A DNA stretch of 63,059 bases, the filler included, from Dugesia japonica (lineage: Eukaryota): the NCBI GenBank assembly GCA_001938525.1. It is 5 parts of 5 records of this genome, joined end to end, with 100 filler letters (N's around TTAATTAATTAA, not from the genome) between each part and the next. Parts side by side here need not be neighbours in the genome. Positions count along the whole stretch, not along the records: positions 50,280 to 63,059 come from MQRL01646267.1; 4 more parts are not named here. One strand, given 5' to 3'. Below, one piece after another: positions 52,331 through 63,059 of the stretch. Each line of letters opens with the position of its first letter. The stretch's first letter is position 1. The notes below the pieces were generated by a model. It ran no database searches. It was given only the letters and a program-made list of their open reading frames with translations, and was not told the DNA's origin. A program made the translations under genes and the position numbers.

Positions 52331-54096
52331 TTTTTTATCTACTTGGTTATTTCTAAAAGCTCTAAGATTTAAATAAAATTTATCGACATTAAAAAATTAC
52401 TGAGATTTTGTAGAGCACAAAAAGACATTTCAAATAAATGTTATTTTTCAATAATAAAAATGGTATGGTTAAACAAACTACAATTTATAATAATATAATA
52501 AATTACGTAAAATTATGTTACAAACCAAATGTCGTTATTAGATACTAAACACGTATTCGTCACTATACAAAAATGTCGATTTTAATATCAGTTGAAAATA
52601 GAAGCAGAGAAACTCTCATCATTATCATTTTATCTTTTAGCCGGAATCAACTATTATTTCAGATTATTGGAGGTCTTATCAAAATTACAAGCTGAATTAT
52701 GTTCATCTTGAATATGAATTAGTTTCTAATAAAACCATTGAATATTTGTTGGTCCCATGCAACAAATCGTTTAATAATTTAATATGGTACGTAACCACAC
52801 CTACTTGAAGAATATCTAATGGGTTTATTTATTCAGTTACTTATAAAACAAAATTTTTTAAATATTCTCCAATAAACTTGGTTAAATCGCATTAAATTGA
52901 TTATTATTCAATTGTTAATATACATGTTAATATACATATAATATAAAATTATTTAATCTTAAAATTAGTAATTATTTTTACAATAGTCTTGCTTAAACAT
53001 AATTAATATTTTTTTAAGGTCTTATTTCAGTAAATATCTATACTTCCATTAGTATTTAGTCAATTAAAACAAATCAATTGAAAATATTGAATAATTTTAC
53101 TATTGGTTTATGATATTTGAAATATCTCAGCAGCTACATTATTAAACATTAATATTTCATTGTTTAAACTGTGGTTTTATTGTTTTTTTTTCAATATTTA
53201 TATTTCATTACAATTGGTAAAAAAATTGAAACTGAATTATTTATTTTATTTTTATTCGATTATTTTTTTTTGTAAATTTTCAATATTTATTAATTTTACT
53301 AAACAAAATCAATTTTATAATAACTGATGTTTTCTTGGATTACATTATTTCTTTAATTGAAAATTAAATGAAACTAAAAAGATGTTTAAATTTTTTATTT
53401 ATTTCACTAATAATTCTGTGTTAACGTTATTTAATTTTTGAAGCCATTAGCAGCACTATGATTGCATCAAGTCAATAAGAGTTCACAGAATATTTAATAA
53501 TTATAACTTCTTTTATCTTCATTATTATTAAAAGTAATGTCAAAACTTTATTAATATACATAGAAGATTCCCGTTAAATTTTTTATAATTGAACATATTT
53601 CTTTAATTCATTAAAATAAAAACTTCAATCAAAATTNNNNNNNNNNNNNNNNNNNNNNNNNNNNNNNNNNNNNNNNNNNNNNNNNNNNNNNNNNNNNNNN
53701 NNNNNNNNNNNNNNNNNNNNNNNNNNNNNNNNNNNNNNNNNNNNNNNNNNNNNNNNNNNNNNNNNNNNNNNNNNNNNNNNNNNNNNNNNTGAAATCTGAA
53801 AAAGAATCAATGGTTACTTCCAACAATTATTCTCGCAATAATTACAATTGTAAAATATTTCTTTAAATTAAAACAAAAAAGTAATATATCAAGATTCAAA
53901 CTAAACGACTTATTAATAGCTAACGCCCTTTGGTTTTGAAACAAATATATTTACGTTTTATTAAGAAATATTTAGAATACATGATTACAAACTATTTTTT
54001 AACATCTTGTGCCTATGAGAAATAAACTATTCAAAATTTAATGGGCGTATTTATTTAATTTATATAAGCAACGTTAATATTTAAACTTGTTTTAGA

Positions 54097-54162
<66 letters not shown>

Positions 54163-54220
54163 NNNNNNNNNNNNNNNNNNNNNNNNNNNNNNNNNNNNNN
54201 NNNNNNNNNNNNNNNNNNNN

Positions 54221-54285
<65 letters not shown>
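54097..54285. repeat. (ATT)n microsatellite with gap
   Basis: Directly visible. Confidence 0.95.
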
Positions 54286-54287
<2 letters not shown>

Positions 54288-54508
54288 TTGATATATTTCC
54301 TTTTAAATGTAAAAATCTTTGAAACTATACGGAAAATAAATTGAATTAATCCTTCTCCACGAAAAATGATTACACGAAAACTAAAATTGTGATCAATGCA
54401 TTATTTTTATCATTATATTATATTATTATATTATGATATTATAGTAAAAGTATTTTTTATTTGAAAAACTCTAGTTTAATGAGTAGTCTTTTAATTAATT
54501 AATTAATA

Positions 54509-54554
<46 letters not shown>

Positions 54555-55419
54555 TATAAAATTTCTGTAAAAATTAATTTCATAAACACCAAAATAATGA
54601 ATTCAACTGAACTTTGAATAAATAATAATCGTATGTATTTTTGTTTTGTTTCATTTATAATTACATTATTTCATTGTCACGTCGGTTTTTAAAGTCTACA
54701 TTACGTTTCATTTTAATTTACTATAATATTTATTTTAATTTGATATTTTTTTTATTTAATATAACTTTACTGAATTTATGCTAATTTTATCAAAATAATC
54801 TTTAATCATTTTTTATTTTTATCGACGAAATTATTATGGAAATATTTTGATTTTAAGAAACGTTTACATAAAGATAAGGAAATTCAAATTATAGAGTTTA
54901 TCGATCCAGTTAATAGTTGTTGCTCCCATTTAATAACAGTTGCATTAATTTAACGAACATCATCATTATACATGCNNNNNNNNNNNNNNNNNNNNNNNNN
55001 NNNNNNNNNNNNNNNNNNNNNNNNNGGATTTCTTCTCTAATAGAGTAATGAACCAAACAACCAAGAATTTTACAATAAAACGAAGATCCATTTTCAGTTC
55101 TTCAGTTATTTCGTAAAATTTACTCACAAATAAACCCCGCAATTAAGTTTCATTAATTGCATCTTCTCTAATTCCATTATTCTTCCAATCTGAAGATACA
55201 TTCATAATTTCAATGTTTGTTAAAATATATAATACCAATTTTAATTAATATTTATTTCATTAGTTGATTAATTTCAGTATTTTCATTTAAAGATGATAAT
55301 TGCGATATTATTTTCGAGATATTATTTTATTTCCCAATTTTCAATTTACAGTAATTATTTAAATCAGTTCTTTTTTCTCCATAAGATTTTAAATGGCTTG
55401 TATTAATTGGGCTTCAACA

Positions 55420-56540
55420 ATAGAGGTTTTANGTTTGTTTATTATTTTTCTAATTTGAAATTTTGTAATAATTATGTCATATTATGTCATCATATTATCT
55501 TCAATATTGAAAATTTATCTTATAGTAATTATTAGATTTATTTGTCCTTAAAATCTGATATTTACATTAACTAAAAAAATGAACTTCATAGTAATCTGAT
55601 ACAGATTTGTTCTTTTCATTTCAAGTTACCCCTGAAGAAAGATTTCAATTAAATAAATCAGTAATTTTATAAATTATTGATTTTAAATGGTTAATATTTT
55701 AATGTAATGAAGATCTGCGAAAATGACTCGATAACTGTTTTGCTTAAAAATCATCTAACTTCTATCGCAAAGGCATTTATCATCTACCCAATAAATGGTA
55801 AAAAAAACCATAGATAGTAATGGCGAATATTTCGATTATTAATCTTTGTAATTCAATAAAGTTGAATTTGACAAAAAACAGATTTTCTACTTGCACACCT
55901 AATAGTATTACTAAAATAGTTATATTGATTTTTACTCAAATTTCTCTATGAGTACCATTAGTTCGTTTACACATAAGCGTACTATGCGCGCGCCCAGGGT
56001 CCCCAATTGAACGAATAAAAATTTTGAAATTATAAAAAATATATTTTTATGCTTTTTTCACTAAAATCAAGTCGCATCACATTCTTTGAAAATAGTTTCC
56101 ATAAACAATCATAATTACTATCACTCACAAAACGGCTTTTTGTTTAAATTCGTGTTTTTGGGCAACTTATTGCATATTGGCTAAGGCTACACACCACCAA
56201 TCTACTCTCAGCGTATATGTTCAAAAGTGTGCACCTAGGACCTCATTTTCTGTGAAATTAGTAATTTTGAATTTTATAAGTTTAGTTAAATTAATTTATT
56301 AAATTTCTATTAGAATTTTATAGTAAATTTCAAATCTTTCTTCAGGTGTAACTTGAAATGTAAAAATAAAATCAATATTAGATTATTATGAAGTTAACTT
56401 TTTTAGTTGATGTAATTATCAGATTCTACGAACAAATAAATCTAATAATTACAATATGAAATATAATAAAATACGAAAATATATAATTATTACCAATTCT
56501 AAATTAGACAAAGAATAAACAAAGTTAACTTCTATCGATG
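55420..56540. mobile_element. Foldback/MITE-like element with ~230-bp diverged inverted arms
   Basis: 55420-55655 matches the reverse complement of 56325-56540 (e.g. CATTTCAAGTTACxCCTGAAGAAAGATTT, GTAATTATTAGATTTATTTGT). Confidence 0.7.
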
Positions 56541-56978
56541 ATATAATTTTCAAATAATAAAATCATATTTTTCATTGTATATTTTTAAATAAAGCTGTTT
56601 TGCCGTCATGGAAACTTAAATGTTAGTTACATGTATATTTAAATTACCAGTAGCAAGTTTAGTTTCATGCACAACCTGATAAGTGAAATTAACCAGTAAC
56701 TATAGTTACTTGAATCGGTCAAGTACTATAGTGTTAATGATGTTGATTTGCTATTGGATTTAAGGCCAATTCAGGCGATTTATTGTTTGTTGATTATTTA
56801 ATGATTATGAAGTATCAAGAACTTTATTACTACCAATCGATATAATGTACAAAAAAATTATTCACAACTAATTACTAATAATTATTATACTTGAAAATGA
56901 ATTTAATGCTTTCTCTCAAAATTATTTTCATCACATTTTTCAGAAGTTCAACTTTGGCATCCTAAGTATTTAATTTTC

Positions 56979-57128
56979 ATAAATTTCATAGAATAAAAAC
57001 TGTAGAATATATTATAGAATATATTATGTAGAATATAAATTTCATAGAATAAAAACTGTAGAATATATTATAGAATATATTATGTAGAATATAAATTTCA
57101 TAGAATAAAAACTGTAGAATATATTATT
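56979..57128. repeat. 56-bp tandem repeat x ~2.7
   Basis: AAAACTGTAGAAT recurs with a period of 56. Confidence 0.9.
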
Positions 57129-57632
57129 GGTACTTCTTTTTTAATTTACCGAAATTAATTTTTCTACAAAAATCTTTAAGAATTTAAAACAAAATATTTT
57201 AAATTTAATTAAGTTGAAAATTTTTTATTTAATAACAATCAAAACAAAAAATCATTTAGTTACATAACTAGTAACTTGCAACTTTAAACGATGTTGGCCA
57301 AAACACAGCTATAGCATGCAAAATATTTTTCGAACGCACTTGTCTGTATGTTCGTTACCCCTGCAACCACGTCACTTTTCGAACAGGGTTGTTTTGCATA
57401 CAAGTATCTTGATGACATATCCAACAATCTTGTCGATCTGTTACCGATATATCCATGAGATGATTGTTTGCATTGTGAATAATACCATGCTGTTGTAAAA
57501 ATTTTACACTGCTTTCTTTCTCATGGACCACAGCTGACAACCAGGAAAAATTGATTTCTTTAACATTTATATTGAAAATAAAGAAAAACTATATTTAAAA
57601 ATTAATTCCGGTGAATTAAAAAGGAAGTATCC
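57129..57632 (-). mobile_element. Merlin/IS1595-like deleted element
   Basis: Inverted ends GGTACTTCTTTTTTAATTTACCGAAATTAATTTT / AAAATTAATTCCGGTGAATTAAAAAGGAAGTATCC. ORF 57355-57540 (VKFLQQHGII...WICHQDTC....VRKVTWLQG) resembles the Merlin transposase N-terminus. No TSD seen. Confidence 0.6.
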
Positions 57633-59561
57633 AAGAGATTTTTCCAATATTAAACATCTTCTATAAAAAGTAGTAAATTCGAAGGACGAATAAAAATCCA
57701 TTGAAATATGTTACCAGTCTATTGTGAAAAAAAACTATAAATAATATCATTTTTGATTAATATAACAGTAATAATATGATATAATTAATCCATTAAATAA
57801 AAACTTACATAATAATAAACCAATATTTCGATTTGAGGCGCTGCGAACCAAAAAAGTTTGTGAACTGCTGATTTAAGGCAATTTTTTTTATCTCTAAAAT
57901 TTTTTTAATATTAAAGTGACCTTACAGTCTCTTAAAGTGAGTTATAAGGTAAAAGATTACACTATAATGATGGGTTATATCAAAGAGAAGCATTAATTAT
58001 TCCTTAAAGTCAATTTTTTGCAAAATTCTAAATTTTAATTTAATTATCCCGTAACTTCCGTATGCTCAGAGCATTTTGTGTATTTTACTGGCGGCTTGAA
58101 ACACTCACTTAAAAGTGTTGTACTTTCAAAAAAACTTTATTATTTTTATTATCATGATGAATTTACAGTAAACTGTCTAGTATCCGCCAAAGTTTGAATT
58201 TTGTAAAAAGTGGTAAATATGGGAAATAGTTCAATGATAATTTGATTATAAACAGTCCGATTGACTACAGCAGATTTAATTATTTCCAATTTTTTCTTTA
58301 AGCTCAAAATATTTTTCTTTTATGCATAGTTAAGGTTAAAAAATTTAATAGAAAGAAATATATAATTAAAAAATACTTTTATTTGTATAGAAAGGCGGAT
58401 ATTAGAGGGTTTACTGTAATAATAAACTATCAATTTTTATAATTTTTTTTACATTTATTAATACATTATATTTTTTAAAATTTTATCAAATATTCAAAAA
58501 TAAAGCAGATTATTTTCCATTTTTTATTTAATAACAAATTTTAATTAATTATAGTCATTACTCTATTTTCTAACAAAACTTTTTAAAAAATATTTTAAAA
58601 AAATTGTAATGAAAGTTATTTTAATTTATTATTTTAAGTTATTTTCATTTGTCTATCTAATTAATCTAATTTTTACATGAAATATTTTCTCAAACGTTTT
58701 GTCTGTTTATATTTCATATTGAAGTTTTATGGATTTAAAAATAAATTTGTAATTCAATTTAACACGTTGGGTGCCGTGTGAATCACGTACGATTCACAGT
58801 ATATTTGTAGTAGGCCGCGTGGTGCTCAGGTGATTCAAGGTTGAAAAACATAATTAAACACAAAAAATAAATAAAATTAATGTAGCATTATTTTTTTACT
58901 TTATTTTGAGTTAATTAAAATAAAAGAAAACAAGGTAGCTCTGGAAGTAAATATTTTTTAACATATCGTCACACTGTGTTAATGAATAGGTTTTGTTGTA
59001 TATTTTCCTACTAACCTTTAATAACACTTATTGTATGAGGACAATAAATTAAATCACTTAATTTACATATTTATCGAAATTATTTTTTCAATTTAATAAT
59101 TAAATTTTCTAGAGCAGGATTTTTTGATAATATTCAAAAATTAATAATACATACCCATATATATCATTATTAAAGTTTCATTGATTTTAGTTTGTTAAAA
59201 ATCGGCCTCGTTTAATTCTTTAAAATTAATTAAGATCCATTGGAGAAATTATTTGAGGTAATAAAAGAAACTTGGAATAAATAAATTGAAATGAATAAAG
59301 TTGTTCGTTTAAAAATGTGTTCTTGAAACGTATAATAGGGTCATTTTATTGGAATTGTGCACTTTTGAGGTCATTTTTTAAATATGATACCTTTATTTAT
59401 TCAAATAGTAAATTCCATTTTATTTAATTAATATTTTGATTCAATTGTTCTATTTGTATTTTTTAAATTTCATATACACTTCATTATTTGTTTTCTTTTT
59501 CGACTATATAAAAATGAATTTCTAAATCAATTAGATTTGTGATTAATTTTTTAATTAAATA

Positions 59562-59890
59562 GATGGGATAATGAAAAATGCCAAATAACTACATCAATCA
59601 GAGGTGAAATGCTTGGTACTCTTCCTATCATGCATATGATGCCAAAAATGGATTATGAGCCGGAATCTAATAAATATATTGCTCCTTTATATAAAACAGA
59701 AGAAAGAGCCGGTGTTTTATCTACTACAGGTGAAATTTTAATATATTATCTATATTTTTTAATCGCAACATATTTATTAGGCATGTCAACTAATTTTGTG
59801 GTGTCTGTGCCTCTTCCGACTAATCAAGATTCAAGTTTCTGGATAAATATGGGAGCTGCATTGATTTGTGAAAATTCTAAGGCACTTTAA
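59562..59890 (+). CDS. Probable host gene 3' exons, weakly scramblase/tubby-like C-terminus
   Basis: Higher-GC coding-like sequence after an AAATAG acceptor. AT-rich GT..AG intron candidate at 59730-59780 (51 nt). Ends TNFVVSVPLP...NMGAALI. Confidence 0.45.
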
Positions 59891-61432
59891 TACCAATAGG
59901 GACTGTGATCATAATTTATAACTTGTTACATATCAGAAGAATTATTAAAGAAATGTATTAATAAATAATTATTGAACATTTGATTATTTTGATTTTGAGA
60001 AATATTAATTATGATTAATCATATAATAATTTAATAATTATATTTGTATTATTTCATTTGTTGAAATCTATCCCCTAACTAGGAGTTATGAAAGACTAAT
60101 TAAAAGGTTTAGTTTTGATATTATATTTTCCTAGATGATTATTCGTATATAGATTTAATAAATGTTTATTTACGATTGAATAAATAACAATTATTGAAAT
60201 TATCATACATTGTTAGAACTGGTTTTCTACAATTTACAAACTAGAATATTTTAATATTAATCTATATTTATCAAGAATTATGGAAATTTATTGATAAATG
60301 AAGTCTTTTTTGATTTTATTAGCCTTTCAAATATCGAAATATTTTTTTAAGAAATCCAGTGAAATGAAATAATAATTACTTGAGAAATAATTTTGCAATT
60401 TTAGATATTTTTTCAGACATTTCAAATTCAATATAGAATAAAAAAAATTTAATATTATCTCTCTGATGTTATCCATATGAAAATTGGAATGATCGAGTGA
60501 AATTAAGAAAAGAATAACTTTTCTAATCAAGCGAAAAATCCAATTTATTTATACATTTAAAATTGCATAGCTTATTACTGAATTTTTAATATTTTTTCTT
60601 AATTCTATCGTATACGAAGAAATCCCTCTTAAATTTCTCGTAGCAATCTATAAAATTGACGATAATAACAGTTTTGTTTTTATTATTAATATTCATTCAA
60701 AGTGAACTATTAAAATAACTAAAAATGTATCTAAAACATTTTTAGAATATGAAATTAAATTAGTAATTTTTTGTATGATTGTTTGATACATTGATTTTAT
60801 AATTAAAATTGACTATGAAAATAGTTTTTAATTATCAAACTGAGAGTAATGCATTTCAAATTATATTTACCATTGAATTTTGATTTTTAAAAATTTATAA
60901 ATTTGAGACAGTGAATTAAATAAAATCTTCATTTCATTGGATTTATCTATTATTAAATAAATTCCTTTTGAAGAATTTAAAATTGAAACAAAAAAAAAAC
61001 AATCGTTATTAATTACTATTTTAGAAAATTAGCACCAAATTAATATGTTGACAAATAGCAAAATATTTATTTAATCAATCATTTATACAAATTGTGAAAA
61101 ATTTCACACACACCAACGAAAGAATTCAATGTAAAGTCCGTGAGATCTTATAATAATTTCTTTGTTATTGAATTTTTATTTCTGGAAATTTCGGTGATTT
61201 ATATTTCTAGATAATTTCACAAATTTTAGAGAAGGTTTTGAACGAAAATAAAATGATGAAAATAAAATAATCCTTTTGATGTGCAAAAGAATTTGAAAAT
61301 ATTTTAAATATTATTTAATGTAAAAATTGTTTTTAAAAAAAAAAACTCAACTTTAAGGTATCAACAGTAAATTTTATAAATCCAATAAATCCATAATATT
61401 AGTGTGAAGAATAAAGAGCAAGCATTTTAATG

Positions 61433-61932
61433 TTAGGATTGCGGATTAGTATTATTATCAAATGTAAATGCAGGATTCGTAATTCCATTTGTATCATTAA
61501 CTTCTGGAGTAGAAACATTATTTCTTTCTACATTTTCAGAAGGCTCCGCTATTTCAATTTCATCTGGTTGGCAATAATCATAATTATTATTTTCGCTGTT
61601 ATCAGCTTCATAGCTTGGTACAACAATTGAATCATAGTCTGGAGGCAAAGTCATTTTATCCTTCATGATACTATCATAAGAACGTAAGTTTCTAACATCC
61701 AAATTGGCGAGATTTGGAGACATATTCAATTGAGCAACGATATCTGGTGGCAGAGATTCTAGAGCAGAATTTTGGTTCATTTGCCTGCATTGATCAGCTC
61801 TATAACAGGGACTGGATCGATTTCGATGGCATACAATAAGAATAATAATTATTCCTACGAGTATTATAAAGATTATAATAGCGGCTATTATTAAACCGCT
61901 ACTTTCAAAGTCTGTCATATTCTGGAAGGCCC
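61433..61932 (-). CDS. Probable host single-pass membrane protein (last exon) with PY motif
   Basis: Intact 161-aa ORF: TM segment GLIIAAIIIFIILVGIIIILIV, basic stop-transfer CHRNR, cytoplasmic LPPDY (PPxY), PSYE and GITNPAF. Confidence 0.7.
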
Positions 61933-62654
61933 CTTTGAAAATAATGTTAAATTAATATTAAACATAAGGCACATAGGTGTGCTCTAATAACAATATAGCA
62001 CACTCAACACAAATTGGTTAGTTAATTTAAAACAAAAGAAAATCGTGAAACATACTATTTTATACTCTCATAACAATAAATGTTTATTGGAGTTCAGTTG
62101 TAATATTTGTATGGCCAAATGTAGGCAAGACAACTAGATACTACAATTACATACATACTCACTAAAAGGCATACACGCAATGAGCTAATTTTAAAGAGAG
62201 AAAAATTCCGATCATAGTTAAAATAGACTTTACAACATAAATGCTCATGAAATAATACTTTTATACTTATTAACCGTTGCTACACAACAAGAGTGAAGAT
62301 TTCAACTTGAAATTAGATTAGACTTTAGAATTTGACAATTTTTATTTAATAATTTGTTGTTTAATATCATAATTTGGTGCTAATTTAATAAGTACAAAAC
62401 TCATGATTTTTATGTGAACTGGATATCAACGATTAATTGTACAAAATACAATTTAAAAACTGAAAAAAAACTTGTAAGTGTTACTAGTGATTTATTAAAA
62501 ACTTAATTACAATTTTGATTGTCGATCTTATTAGAAATCGAAGAATTCGATAAATATAATTAAATATAATTACTTTATTTATATATATATATATAAATAT
62601 AGATAATAGACGTAATAGACAATTAAATTAAAAGTCCAATAAAATCATTTTTTT

Positions 62655-62890
62655 ATTTAAATGAAATAGTCACCATTATACTCTACACATTCTTGCCATC
62701 TAGAGACAATATTCAAAATGCCATTAGCATAAAAATCGAGGAGGAGGAGGTCGCAAAGTTTCAATATTTAAGTCGATCAGGTTTTGCAACGTCTCCTTTG
62801 CAACATGTGGGCGGACATTGTTATGCAACAGGATGATTCCTTTCCTGTTGACCAATGATTATTGTTAAATGCATAACTTTTTATACATTA
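62655..62890 (-). pseudogene. mariner transposase C-terminal remnant
   Basis: LVNRKGIILLHNNVRPHVAKETLQNL..LNIETL, a deletion, then FYANGILNIVSRWQECVEYNGDYFI*. Confidence 0.85.
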
Positions 62891-62983
62891 TTTCAATTTC
62901 AGAACAATATTTGTCTGAGTTAATAGTTTCACTTTGTTTTAAGAAAGAGTAATGTATAACACCGGCCATAGACCACCAAACTG

Positions 62984-63021
<38 letters not shown>

Positions 63022-63059
63022 AAACATATCGAACAAATTGCTTCGATCTATATACAATA

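Noticed and set aside
58759-58830. piggyBac-like end TTAA-CACGTTGGGTGCC with an internal palindrome
   Set aside because: No partner TIR or transposase found in the window.
1-63059. tRNA, rRNA or CRISPR arrays
   Set aside because: None recognisable by eye; no repeat has constant-length unique spacers.

Overview
This is very AT-rich eukaryotic DNA made almost entirely of decayed transposable elements. The organism cannot be identified from the sequence alone. The window appears to be five pieces joined by artificial N44-TTAATTAATTAA-N44 linkers (at about 14.0, 24.4, 33.9 and 50.2 kb), so adjacency across those points has no biological meaning. The main feature is a complete but mutationally inactivated 13.8-kb Polinton/Maverick (adintovirus-like endogenous virus) at 35617-49424. 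It has a perfect 6-bp TSD (TTCAAG), AGTAGT...ATTACT termini and TIRs of about 280-335 bp. Its + strand carries a double-jelly-roll major capsid, an in-frame Zn-finger/phospholipase A2/DDE integrase fusion, an A32-like ATPase, a membrane-lytic protein, a coiled-coil fibre-like protein and a GasderminX-like protein. Its - strand carries an EndoVII-containing protein-primed PolB. Unusual points are: each TIR is itself bounded by inverted copies of the terminus, PLA2 is in frame with the integrase, and I see no protease or penton gene. Other Polinton debris lies elsewhere (a penton fragment, a second pPolB, and two orphan termini, one packed with RFX X-box palindromes). The window also holds Ty3/Gypsy, hAT, MULE, Tc1/IS630, mariner, rosa and Merlin remnants, a BED-finger plus tandem Ulp1/SENP8-like protease relic, two foldback elements, a hairpin repeat family, and only two plausible host exons near the right end. 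All family assignments are from motif recognition by eye; no database search was run.
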